A stretch of 62,993 nucleotides of DNA, counting the filler, from Pelomyxa schiedti (Eukaryota > Protista > Evosea), in the NCBI GenBank assembly GCA_020536535.1. It is 15 parts of 15 records of this genome, joined end to end, with 100 filler letters (N's around TTAATTAATTAA, not from the genome) between each part and the next. Parts side by side here need not be neighbours in the genome. Positions count along the whole stretch, not along the records: positions 31,289 to 43,762 come from JAHLWZ010000433.1; positions 43,863 to 51,369 come from JAHLWZ010000152.1; positions 51,470 to 53,068 come from JAHLWZ010002396.1; 12 more parts are not named here. One strand, 5' to 3'. The notes beneath the pieces are model-generated. The model saw only the letters and a program-made list of their open reading frames with translations. It did no database searches and was not told the DNA's origin. A program made the translations under genes and the position numbers. Shown one piece after another: positions 39,593-51,501 of this stretch; within the stretch, counting starts at the first letter, position 1, and the number at the start of each line of letters is the position of its first letter.

Positions 39593-41476
39593 TCAGGAAG
39601 AATTATTTTTGTTATTATGACTATTTACAATGGCCTTTCGAATGAACGCTCTGGCCGTTCCTGTGACGTGTGACCAGTTTGCTACCATGAATACACTCGG
39701 TTCCATCAGAGTATCCCCGGAACTTGACTTCGTAGATGTTACCTTCGCTCGTAGTCTTGTGCCAAGAACAAGTATAGTATCTACCTTCTTGTTGTTAATC
39801 AAAGGCAAATAATCGGTCGTGGTCGACGGTAACAATGGGCCGTCGGCCGGGTCGTTCCACTGAAACATGTTGTCCTCATGCACTTCATGTGGTTTATCTC
39901 CTGATCGCCCTTCTGCTGCCACGTATGCTCTCCTCTACGTTCCAATACTGTATAAGGTCCTGGAGTCAACGTATTCAGCTTTCCGGAAACACTTGATGCG
40001 ATAGGTATGTAAACACGTACGCGGTCACCGACTTTGAATGACTTCGGCTTGAAATTGTGCTTCGCCGGTACGTGGTTATCCTTTGTATCGTTAATGCGTT
40101 CTCTAAGTTCGTTAGCAAATTCCCATCCTTTTTGTATCTGCACCGTACAGACCTCAAACAATAGGAAAGTGTCAAGTGGGATCAAATCATACCTGCTATA
40201 ATGTATGCACACAACACAGCACTGAATACTGCAACTGGATTAGTACATCAAGCAACCGTGTTCATGAATGTATGTAACTGTTCAATCACTTGAGCTGTGT
40301 TCCTTATGGTACCGTCAGTCATCACAATCTGAGGTATACCGAACTTCGAAAACACATGTTCCCACAGCAATTTAGCTATTGTAGCACTTTCCTCATTTGG
40401 AGTTGGAATACGTATCCAGTAGTTTCAAAATACATCAAGCACATTGAGTATGAATCTATTCCCATTACCAATACCATGGCAACTTCCATGCCAATTCTGG
40501 TGTCTCTACCCACCAGACAATTGATGATGAAATCCAATTCAGGGTCCGCTCTCTGCAAGTCGTACATCTCTTTCGGTGTAAACTCCTTACAGGCAAATAA
40601 TACAGGGTTCTCAATTGCGTGATCCTCAGTAACTACCTCGTTCTCTGCATCAAGAACGGGTGCTCTTGACAAAGCGTCTGCTACCACGTTAGTTTTGCCT
40701 TTCACATAGACAATCTTGGATGGTAGACAACTTTGCAATGTAACATACCACCGCCAAACTCTACTGTTTGCGGGACAAGTATCATTCAACCTTATCGCAA
40801 GGCGCACCTCGGACCAAAGAGTACAAGATGATGGGATGTTGGAGTAGGAAATTGAAGAAGTACGAGCAGAACTATGCAATAACGGAACTTGAAGCACTTG
40901 CAGTAGTCTGTGGTATTGTAAGATTCCGAGAATATCTGGAAGGGAGACCATGGATACTGTATACAGATCACTCTGCAGCAACACCTGCCTTGGAAGCATC
41001 TGTTTCCAAGTTAAACGGTAGGGACCAATTAGGATGTCCTAATATAGGTGCTTGACAAAATTCCTTCTTCAGGTTTTCGAAAGCGAGTTGCTCCTTCTGA
41101 TTCCATTGCCAATCGCCTGATAGTCTCTTTACCAGTGCGTTTGCTTTGATTGCGTAGTCCTTCACGAACATTCGATGGTAGCCTGTCATTCCCAGAAATC
41201 TTCTCAGTTCCTCAACGCCTTTGGGGACTGGAAACTGCGGAATGGCTTCCATCTTGGAAGGATCAGGTCTGATTCCTTCTTTGCTGATTATGTATGTAAG
41301 TATGTACTGCCATTGTTTGCCTTGGAACAATTGACTCATGCCGCGTTGGTAGGTTGCACCAGCATTTACCAAACCGAATGGCATGCGAACCATTTCGAGA
41401 TGTCCAAGAGCACAACTGAATGCAGTCTTTGGTATGTCTTCTTCCATCACTTTCACTTGCCAATAACCACTGTAGG
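39593..41476 (-). mobile_element. Degenerate Ty3/gypsy pol (RT-RNaseH-integrase), copy 2, with deletions and two inversions
   Basis: GYWQV...KTAF...MPFGL, FLGMTGY, ETDAS; the RNase H core lies on the opposite strand; near-identical to copy 1 where the two overlap; YxDD deleted. Confidence 0.92.
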
Positions 41477-43163
41477 TTATATATTTTTACAGCATCCACG
41501 CAATTTCGGCTCAATTTCGGCATAGTTCCACGTAATGAGATTTACAGATGAAAGGGTGCAAACTGTGTCAAGAAGTTGCGAAGTCACAGCAACTAGCGAG
41601 CGATTAAACAGTGTTTTGATCCAATCCACCAGTTTTGCGTGGAAGGAGAATATGGCTTGAGGCTCTTTGAGGGGTTCCACCTGGTCTCCAGAACTTTGAC
41701 TGAGAAGGTATGCTTCCAAAGATGAATACGCAGAAAACCGGGGGAAATTGTCAGGGCTATCATATAACCGCTCCCCCATCTGCTCAAGGACTTGTTGTTT
41801 GAAGTGAAACAACTTATCTACAGGGTCAATAGGTCCATTATACGGCCGAACTGTATCCACTTTATTTCCAACAAAGAAGATTGTTGCTGGGTCCAAGTTC
41901 AACTTAGTGATGAAGTGCTTGTGAGCAGGAAGGCCACCAGTGGCCAGGTCAAACAGGCATATCACGCCCAGGCGTTGCCCTTGCGCATAGTCAAAAACAA
42001 TATTCTCAAGCTCAGGTGACTCCAGCATTCCTGGTGAATCAACAAGCTGCACACCAGCTTTCAACAAAGGGTGTGGCCAAAAGACCTCCAGTATAACGTT
42101 AGTAACACTAAGGTCCACTTCCTCCTGCCAGCAATTGGACAAGATACAAAGGATGAAGTCACCAGAGGGAGCAGTCTCACGTATATTTACTAATTCCTCC
42201 CAAGAGATTTGCATAGAACTGGACGCCTCCCTGGGTCCGAGACGGTCTTTCTTTTGGACACCATACTTTATGACAGTCATGCATACTGTGCATGACCCAG
42301 ACCGGTAGCAGGTTGCATTGCAGCAAGGAGTTGATGAACTGAGACTTGCCAGAATTCGTTTGGCCAATCACCAGGAGAGTCACAAGCTCCTCACTTGAGG
42401 GTCCAGGAAGGGAAGCTGCAGGATCAGAGCTGAGATGTTTCAGCATAACAGCCTTTAGACGAGAATTGCTGCTATGGGAATCAGACTCGGAAGCAGCTAA
42501 ATACTGCTTGAATATCACAGCCTTTGGAGAGATGCCTAATCTCTGCAACTTTTTGCTCCGCCTCTTCACGAAGCCGTGATATGTTAGAAAGTGATGACAG
42601 CGATTTCTTTGCCACCAAAGTAGAGCTATTTTCAGAGTCTCTGCTCCAACAGCACCAAATTCCTCCAGCTCGGGGTGTGCAATGGCGCACCTTTTTGAGT
42701 TTTAATAAGGAGGGGCACACCACCGTCAATAATGTCGAAAATTTTATTATTTTAATTTAATTATTTAAATTTTTATCTGTCCCATTTTAGTTGTATTCAA
42801 CTTTCGCGAAGGCGTCTATAGAGTCGAACCGCTCCGCCACCGCGGAGCACAACCGACCCAAAACCACCCTGTCGAAGCCACGGCGCGCCGGGGCCCTTGA
42901 AACCGCGCCGGTCCACCCGCTCGCCTCCCACAATTCGCGCACGCGTTCTGTAACCACCCGGGCATCTCGGAGGCGCAACTTGGGACACGCGGAGAGCAGC
43001 GCAGCAGCATTGGGGAATTTGGCGAGGCGGTCCTGCTGGTGGGCGGGAGCGAGCGCCACGCCAGGACCACCGCGTCCACGTCTTCTGGGTCCAATTCGTC
43101 CTCTCTGAGACTAGAAACCAGCCCCGCCTCCCACTCGTCTGCGGGCACAGAATTGGTTGCCAT
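41477..43163 (-). pseudogene. Bacterial-dynamin-like/mitofusin-type GTPase, frameshifted and 3' truncated by gypsy sequence
   Basis: G1 GQTNSGKS, INSLL...LLP, G2 region SCT, WPHPLLKAGVQLVDSPG (G3), FVGNKVD (G4); frameshifts near 42300 and 43060. Confidence 0.8.
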
Positions 43164-44293
43164 TTCACAGGGTTTTCCTCGTCATTCTGTGAAATGGGAG
43201 GAAGTTGCCGAAGTTGGCACACAGCATGGGCCAACTTGGTGCCTGAACCACAAATTTGTTGCTTTGATGATCTTCATCTGTTGTAGATGCACTCGGCACC
43301 CTTTTTCTTAACTATTAATAATAATAACTATTAATAAAGAAACTCTGTCTTCATCAGACTTCAATTTTTCTTTACAACTGGATGAACTGAGTGTCGTAGT
43401 AGCCCAGTGCCCTGAGGATATCAGCCACAGGATCTTTCCAGCACTACACAGGTCGTGTTAACTCAATTTCCTCTGTAGACTACAAAGAAGTGACTGTGAC
43501 TACGACGATGACAAGGTTGTGGTGCCGCGGTGAGAAGGGGATAACGATGCCACCATTGTGGCGAGGCAGCGGGCGACGCAAGATTCCACGTGATCGTCGT
43601 CGTCAGACCCCGATCCAAACACGAGCTGTGCACACGTCATCATCTCCTTTTCAATTGCACGGAACGGCGGCCGGTTGCACTCTGTGTGTGATGTCAGGTT
43701 TTGGTGCATTAACTGAATGGAACATGAAACAGGCGAGATTGTGCGTGAAGAAATGTGACGTGNNNNNNNNNNNNNNNNNNNNNNNNNNNNNNNNNNNNNN
43801 NNNNNNTTAATTAATTAANNNNNNNNNNNNNNNNNNNNNNNNNNNNNNNNNNNNNNNNNNNNGGCAACGACGCTAACGAGCCAACGCGAAGAGCACGACG
43901 ACCACCACGACCACGACAAGTCTGCGGCTGCGGTCACAGCCACCGCTGGTCCCATAAGTCTCACTGACACTATCAACAACAACGACTACGACCGCCGCGT
44001 CGGGCATCACCCCCGCGCAGCGACCCACTCCCACTCCCACGCTCACGCTCACATCCACTCGGACAGCAGCAGCGACCACAGGCACCACCACCACCACCAC
44101 GGACAGCGAGGTACCCGACGCACCCCCGTGCTGTGATACCGACGACGTGGCTCCTTCCCACCCTGCTATTATCATTAATACTACTCCTACTACTACTATC
44201 AGTACTACTAGCAGTGGTATTACTGGTGGTGTGAACAACAACAACAAGAACGTACCCACTCCCACTCCCACTCCAACTCCCCCTCCTCCCGCT

Positions 44294-46280
44294 ATGACTA
44301 CTACTACTGCAAATACCCAACAGCCACGAACATCCCCGCAACTACTACAACAGCTGCAGCAACAACCGCAGTCACCGTCGCAGGCACAACAACTGCAATT
44401 GCAACAAACAAAGCAGCAACAATCGCAGGCATCACCACCGCCCTCATCCTCATATTCATCCTCACCACCTTCTATGGGAGAACAATTAGCGGAAGTGCAG
44501 CCACTCCCACTCCAACTACAGCAAGAACCAGCATCAGTTCCGGTTAAGCAAGAGCAGCAGCAACACTTACAATTACCACCGCCGCCGCCTTCACCACAAG
44601 CGGCGGTTCAGGGTGCAGTGGGAGCACAGAGCCGGGATCAACAGAGCCAGCAGAATCCATTGACACACAGCTCACCGCCGCATGACGGCTTGATTGCACG
44701 GAAACAGAGCCCCGCAACGGTCACTGATGCATCTCCGAGTAGCTCTGGTACTAGTGTACCCCCTGCACCGCAACAAGGATCGCCGAGTGCTACTGCCTAT
44801 ACCAGCGCTTCCATTTCGAATCAAGTCAACAGCAGCAGTACAACTACAAGTTACACTGGCGGGAAGGCTTCACCGTCACCATCTGGGGGAGGTGGGAAAG
44901 AGCTTTATGCATATGATGCCCCCTGGCCAGTTTTCGCCATGAGTTGGAGTGCACGTGAGGACAAGCCTTTCCGACTTGCAGTTGGTAGTTTGTTAGAGGA
45001 CGCTATCTCAAACAAGGTTTTGGGGCAACATGCACTGTCTCCTGTAATCCCCTTTGTCTAATGTATCTTTAGGTTCGAATTGTGCAGCTCAATATGCAAC
45101 GAGATGCTTTGGAGTGTGTCTCAGAGTTTGATCATGTTTACCCGCCAACAAAGGTTATGTGGTTGCCGTCAAAGCACACTCAGCACCCTGACTTCATTGG
45201 TGTGAATTTACTGTAGTGCTTGAATATGTTCCAAACATCTTACAATTGTATATAGCGACCAGCGGTGACTATCTAAGAGTCTATGAAGTCGGGGAGCGAA
45301 ACACAGTTCAGAGATTATCGTTGAACAATAGCAAGCTCAGCATTTTTTGCGCGCCACTCACTTCATTTGACTGGAATGAGACAGATCCCAACATTATCGG
45401 AACATCTTCAATAGATACAACATGTACCATCTGGAGCGTAGAGACACAGAAAGTATGTATGTATCTATAAATGACGAGTGAAGCCTTATAAAAAACAGGT
45501 GGTCACTCAACTTATTGCGCATGACAAGGAAGTTTATGATATTGCCTTCAGGTTTTTCATTGAGACATTCAATCAATTCCACTCATCACAATTCAAGATG
45601 GCAAAGTACCAATGTATTTGCCTCAGTTGGCGCCGATGGCTCCTTAAGGATGTTTGACCTGCGCAGCCTCGAACACAGTACAATAATGTACGAGAGCCCG
45701 AATATGTTCCCGCTTCTCCGTTTATGCTGGAATAAACGGGACACCAACTACATGGCCACATTCTCGCTAGACTCCAACAAGGTGCTTAGTCTCAATTTAC
45801 CTTTCTTACTCACTTTCTCTTAGGTTGTAATCCTCGATATCCGGGTTCCGTCAGTGGCAGCCGCAGAACTGAAAGTGTCTATTATAGTCACAAAAAAAAT
45901 AATTAACCAAATACTTTTCAAATTAATTAATTAAAACTCTAACCTGCACTTTTAGGGTCACTCTTCCACAGTAAATTCCATCTCTTGGGCGCCGCATTCC
46001 TCCGGCCATATTTGTACCGGAGGTGAAGACAAACAGGCACTTGTATGTCCCCACCATTCCTTTTTTTTTCCTCCTGCTATCTGTACATAATAACGAAATT
46101 GGTCCAAAACCAACCCAATCACCATAGATATGGGACCTCGGCAACCTGCCCAAGCCAGTGGATTTCCCTATCTTGCAATACGAAGCCGAAGCTGAAATCA
46201 GCCAGCTCCAATGGTCCTCCCTTCAAACTGACTGGATAGGTGCCACTGTCAACAACAAAGTCCAAATTCTGCGTGTCTAA
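44294..46280 (+). CDS. DCAF7: DCAF7/WDR68 (AN11/TTG1-like) WD40 protein with long low-complexity N-extension
   Basis: [87 protein letters not shown]. The start is uncertain. Confidence 0.93.
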
Positions 46281-46427
46281 ACAACTAAAACAACTTTATT
46301 GTGCACAAACACCAACTGGCTGAATAAAAAAAATGCCAGACCACCGATCCTGAGCGACGATAACGAAAATGACAGCGTTCCGGTCCGTTGATTATTTTCT
46401 TCAGCCAACTACTCTCTGTCCAGCGAT

Positions 46428-48080
46428 GTGAAGACTTTACGGCCTTGGACTGCGATGATTTCAGAGAACCAAAGGGGGTTTTCACGAACAATGGAGACGA
46501 TGCACCGACGAAACCAGACGATGAGGGACGCCTTTTTAATGTTGGAGCAGGGCGACGTAGACAGTGCGATTCGTCGCGTTTCGTACGCCTCAGAACTCTT
46601 TGACAGCTCCTATCACTTTGATGGTTTGCATTTCATCCTCGAAAAAATCGACGGCTCCCACGCAGCGTTTATACTCATTATTCACAATTTCACAAACAAA
46701 AAAAAAGGAGGGAACTGTGAAGAGGAGTGGTGTTACTTGCCTGGGTTTCTATTTCTCTATGGCCTGTTTCTTCTCACCAATGACCATGCTGCACTGCACA
46801 GGCGCATTCCTGCCAATTTGTCAAGTTCATTTTCGCGTGCCCTCTCGTATTCCCCTTCAGAAATGAGAGGCTATTGCAAGGGTGTGTTAGCCACTCTCGG
46901 AGCGAGGATGAGGGTGTCTGAAGAGTGGGGTGCAATTGCAACAGGAGGTGCTGCCTTGTCACAAACAGGAAATGATATTGGCGTGGAGTCACAGTCACAT
47001 CTTGGCAGTCTGAAGCAACAACCAGAATCATGGGCACACAAGCTGTATGTTGCTTTGTGGACCACTTTCTGCTTGGACGGTGCCTCATGTGAGCCTCTTT
47101 GGTTGGAACTGTCCACGTATTGTCAGAACAATGAGAGCGGTTCTGTTGCTCAAGTGCCACAACTCTTGTCATCTTCCTCGCTGGGAATCCTTGCTGTATG
47201 TTACATCAGTTCCATTGGTGGATTGGACAGGGACGTGAACCGGGCTGTGTCACTCCTCAGAAGTTCCGTGAACACTGGAAATTCCGGGACCACAAACAGT
47301 CTTGGGGTGTGCTACCACAATGGATATGGCGTTGAAAAGGATGTAAACCAGACGGCATTACTTTACAGGCTTGCTGCTGACGCTGGCAATGCCAAAGCAA
47401 TGTTCAACCTGGCTGTGTGTTACCAAAATGGGCATGGTGTTGATAAGGACCTGAACCAAGCCGCATCGTTTTACAGGAAGGCTGCTGAGCTTGGTCATTC
47501 TACGGCAATGCATCAACTCAGTGTCTGTTATGACCAGGGCTGTGGTGTTGACAAAGACATCACCAAGGCACTCTCACTTGTCATGAGGGCCGCTAATGAT
47601 GGTGATGCCAATGCACAATTCGACCTTGGTCTGCGTTACAACAATGGCCGTGGAGTTGGCAAGGACATCCATAAGGCTGTGTCACTTTACAAGAGGGCTG
47701 CCTCTCTGGGAAATCCCGAGGCTGTGGTTGCCCTTGGATACCAGTACGAGCATGGCTTGGGTGGCTTGGACAAGGGCATCAGAAAAGCTGTGTTACTTTA
47801 CAGGAGGGCTGCAGACCTTGGTGATGCCTCTGGAATGTACAACCTTGGAGTGTGTTATGAGAAGGGCAACGGTGTTGAAAGGGACATGACACAGGCAGTG
47901 TCACTTTACATGAAGGCCGCTGAGGCTGGAAGTCCCCATGCTATATTCACGGTTGCAGGGTGCTACCGTCGTGGCCGTGGTGTTAGGAAGGACATCAGAA
48001 CTGCTGTGTCATTCTACAAGTGGGCCGCAAACATGAATTATGCTGATGCCGTTAACACACTTGCTGTTTTACTCGGGTAG
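46428..48080 (+). CDS. Sel1-like repeat protein (~8 repeats) with conserved N-terminal helical domain
   Basis: Intact ORF (probably including one in-frame intron) with tandem 36-aa Sel1 repeats. Confidence 0.9.
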   Translation: MKTLRPWTAMISENQRGFSRTMETMHRRNQTMRDAFLMLEQGDVDSAIRRVSYASELFDSSYHFDGLHFILEKIDGSHAAFILIIHNFTNKKKGGNCEEEWCYLPGFLFLYGLFLLTNDHAALHRRIPANLSSSFSRALSYSPSEMRGYCKGVLATLGARMRVSEEWGAIATGGAALSQTGNDIGVESQSHLGSLKQQPESWAHKLYVALWTTFCLDGASCEPLWLELSTYCQNNESGSVAQVPQLLSSSSLGILAVCYISSIGGLDRDVNRAVSLLRSSVNTGNSGTTNSLGVCYHNGYGVEKDVNQTALLYRLAADAGNAKAMFNLAVCYQNGHGVDKDLNQAASFYRKAAELGHSTAMHQLSVCYDQGCGVDKDITKALSLVMRAANDGDANAQFDLGLRYNNGRGVGKDIHKAVSLYKRAASLGNPEAVVALGYQYEHGLGGLDKGIRKAVLLYRRAADLGDASGMYNLGVCYEKGNGVERDMTQAVSLYMKAAEAGSPHAIFTVAGCYRRGRGVRKDIRTAVSFYKWAANMNYADAVNTLAVLLG

Positions 48081-48202
48081 TGATGTACACCTAGTTTTTT
48101 TTTTGTGTAAAGATCCAACAAAATGCCACTTCCTGCCGTCGACCCAGAAATTATGGGAGGGGGTTTGTTGGCTATGACAGACAGGCAACTCTTCTCTAAA
48201 TC

Positions 48203-49170
48203 CTACTGATTAAATTGGATGCTGAGGCTCAGAGACACCCAGAGAGACACCCGCACACGGGCCACATAGATAGAGGGGAGCTCATCAATTCTGGGATTAC
48301 CTTCCATGAACAACAGGGAGGCAGTGAGGCGGTCACATCTGGAGTGGAAACGGAGCTGGTGTGCCACCCCGCTGAACTCCTCAACTGCAACGGAACTAAG
48401 GATGGCAGGAGGCTCAGGGTTGGAATCAACAATGAAGTACATTATTTCCCCTGTGGTAATGAAAGTGTGGCTGCCTCCCTCCTTTAGCAGGACATCAAGC
48501 GACTTTACTGAGAAGTGAGTTCCTGAGAACCTAGACATAGTGGAACTCAAAACACAGAGTGTGCCTGTTGAGTACGTCTGACACACGTCAATCATCATAA
48601 ATAACAGGCACTTGTAATCCTGGTCCACGCATAAGAGCAGCTCATCCTGCCTTGACTGGGTGAACTTCAGGAATATTTCCGTTCATTCCAATATTTCCAT
48701 TGGGAACGGGTCACCCAGTGGCACCACAACAGGCTTCGTTCTGGCAGAATCATAACCATTATCAGGGAGATTGAGCCGGTATATAACAGCCACGTTCAGT
48801 GAATCATCAATTCTATCCATGGTTCCACACCGAGCAATCCACCTCTGATTTTGGCAAAGTGCCTGGAACCCAACAGGCACCTCTCCCACAATTTCCTCCT
48901 GCCACGCGCCAACACCAGGCTGCTTGTGCATGAGCCACCAATTTGAATCCCCCTGATTTGCAGGAACCTCGTGTCATCCACCCAGTGATCAGAGACGAGC
49001 GGCCTCCCATCATTGTTGCAAAGCATCTCCACTTCTTCCATGACACTCATAACAGATATTATATTGTATCATCGGCTGCGGCGGGGCGCGACGCGAGGCC
49101 AGATGCGATGACGCCAAGTTGTTCCAGTGCGCGCCGGGCCGGGGTAGAAACGAACGCCGAAATGCGCATT
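48203..49170 (-). pseudogene. Frameshifted member of an intron-poor lineage-specific family (NxRW motif)
   Basis: QNQRWIA and MIDVCQTYSTGTLCVLSST match LVDIVETCSSKRLTVLSST of 54249-55628; the frame is broken several times. Confidence 0.6.
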
Positions 49171-49351
49171 CTTCTTCTTGATGACATTCTCAGAATCTGT
49201 TAGGACCGCAGTCATCACGAGAATGCCGAGTAGGCGATGAGCACTGTGGAGGTACAGCAGTGCGCACACACAAGTTGGAGTGTGCGTTGTGCTGGTCAGG
49301 CACGTGGTGGGTAATAATCAACAAGCCTCCAACTTTTTCTCTCTTCAAAAA

Positions 49352-49789
49352 ATGACGACACAACACCCGCGGTGCAGGATGATGATGACTGCAATTTCCT
49401 TTTTGGGGAGGGGAAAAGTCGGAGATGCAATTCTCGAGGTGTCAAAGGCGTTCGAGCACTTTGAAAGTTGTGTTTGTCCCACCTTCACTTTGTATTTTTT
49501 AGTTTGTGCCAGCTCAAACAAAAAAGAACCAACAGTTGACGATGATAATGTGGAGATGTGTTACCTGCCTGGTTTAATGTTTCTGTACAGCTTGACTATT
49601 CTCACCAACGACCATGCTGCACTGCACACGCACATTCCCGCGAGTCTGTCAAATTCATTTTCGCGAACCCTCTCTTATTCCCCGTTGGAAATGAGAGACT
49701 ACTGCCAGAGTGTCTCAGAAAACATCAGCATGGCGAGGTATTCAGAAGAGTGGAGTGACATTGTTTCAAGAGAGGAATGCACTCGAAGT
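49352..49789 (+). CDS. N-terminus of another Sel1-family paralog (partial)
   Basis: CYLPGLMFLYSLTILTNDHAALHTHIPASLS...EMRDYC...SEEW matches the 46428 protein. Confidence 0.75.
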
Positions 49790-49889
49790 NNNNNNNNNNN
49801 NNNNNNNNNNNNNNNNNNNNNNNNNNNNNNNNNNNNNNNNNNNNNNNNNNNNNNNNNNNNNNNNNNNNNNNNNNNNNNNNNNNNNNNNN

Positions 49890-51369
49890 TAAAACTCTAA
49901 CCTGCACTTTTAGGGTCACTCTTCCACAGTAAATTCCATCTCTTGGGCGCCGCATTCCTCCGGCCATATTTGTACCGGAGGTGAAGACAAACAGGCACTT
50001 GTATGTCCCCGCCTTTCCTTTTTTTTTCCTCCTGCTATCTGTACATAATAACGAAATTGGTCCAAAACAACCCAATCGCCACAGATATGGGACCTCGGCA
50101 ACCTGCCCAAGCCAGTGGATTTCCCTATCTTGCAATATGAAGCCGAAGCTGAAATCAGCCAGCTCCAATGGTCCTCCCTTCAAACTGACTGGATAGGTGC
50201 CACTGTCAACAACAAAGTCCAAATTCTGCGTGTCTAAACAATTAAAACAACTTTATTGTGCACAATCAAGACAGTGCGATTCGTCGCGTTTCGTGCGCCT
50301 CAGAACTCTTTGACAGAGACTCCTGTCACTTTGATGGTTCGCATTTCATCCTCGATCAATCGACGGCTCCCCGTTTATGATCCTACTCACAATTTAACAA
50401 ACAAAAAAAAGGAGGGAACGGTGACGAGGAGTTGTGTTACTTGCCTGGGTTTCTATTTCTGTATGGCCTGTTTCTTCTCACCAATGACCATGCTGCACTG
50501 CACAGGCGCATTCCTGCCAACTTGTCAAGTTCATTTTCGCGTGCCCTCTCGTATTCCCCTTCAGAAATGAGAGGCTATTGCAAGGGTGTGTTAGCCACTC
50601 TGGGAACGGTTTCTGAAGAGTGGGGTGCAATTGCAACAGGAGGTGCTGCCTTGTCACAAACAGGAAATGATATTGGCGTGGAGTCACAGGCACATCTTCA
50701 ACAACCAGAATCATGGGCACACAAGCTGTATGTTGCTTTGTGGACCACTTTCTGCTTGGACGGTGCCTCATGTGAGCCTCTTTGGTTGGAACTGTCCACG
50801 TATTGTCAGAACCACGATGTTGAGAGCGGTTCTGCTGCTCAAGTGCCGCAACTCTTGTCATCTTCCTCGCTGGGAATCCTTGCTGTATGTTACATCAGTT
50901 CCATTGGTGGATTGGACAGGGACGTGAACCGGGCTGTGTCACTCCTCCGAAGTTCTGTGAACACTGGAAATTCCTGGACAACAAACAGTCTTGGGTGTGC
51001 TACCACAATGGATATGGCGTTGAAAAGGATGTAAACCACACGGCATTACTTTACAGGCTTGCTGCTGACGCTGGCAATGCCAAAGCAATGTTCAACCTGG
51101 CTGTGTGTTATCAAAATGGGCATGGTGTTGATAAGGACCTGAACCAAGCTGCAATGTTTTACAGGAAGGCTGCTGAGCTTGGTCATTCTACGGCAATGCA
51201 TCAACTCAGTGTCTGTTATGACCAGGGCTGTGGTGTTGACAAAGACAGCACCAAGGCACTCTCACTTGTCATGAGGGCCGCTAATGATGGTGATGCCAAT
51301 GCACAATTCGACCTTGGTCTGCGTTACAACAATGGCCGTGGAGTTGGCAAGGACATCCATAAGGCTGTG
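49890..51369 (+). repeat. Second, deleted/frameshifted copy of ~45931-47680 (DCAF7 3' end + Sel1 gene)
   Basis: Near-identical sequence with a deletion of the Sel1 gene start region and a 1-nt deletion at ~50993. Confidence 0.92.
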
Positions 51370-51501
51370 NNNNNNNNNNNNNNNNNNNNNNNNNNNNNNN
51401 NNNNNNNNNNNNNTTAATTAATTAANNNNNNNNNNNNNNNNNNNNNNNNNNNNNNNNNNNNNNNNNNNNCCCGACACGACAAGGATGTCGCCGCCACACC
51501 C

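Noticed and set aside
39593-39800. Chromodomain at the end of gypsy pol
   Set aside because: Only KVDTIL..R resembles it; the Y.VKW core is absent.
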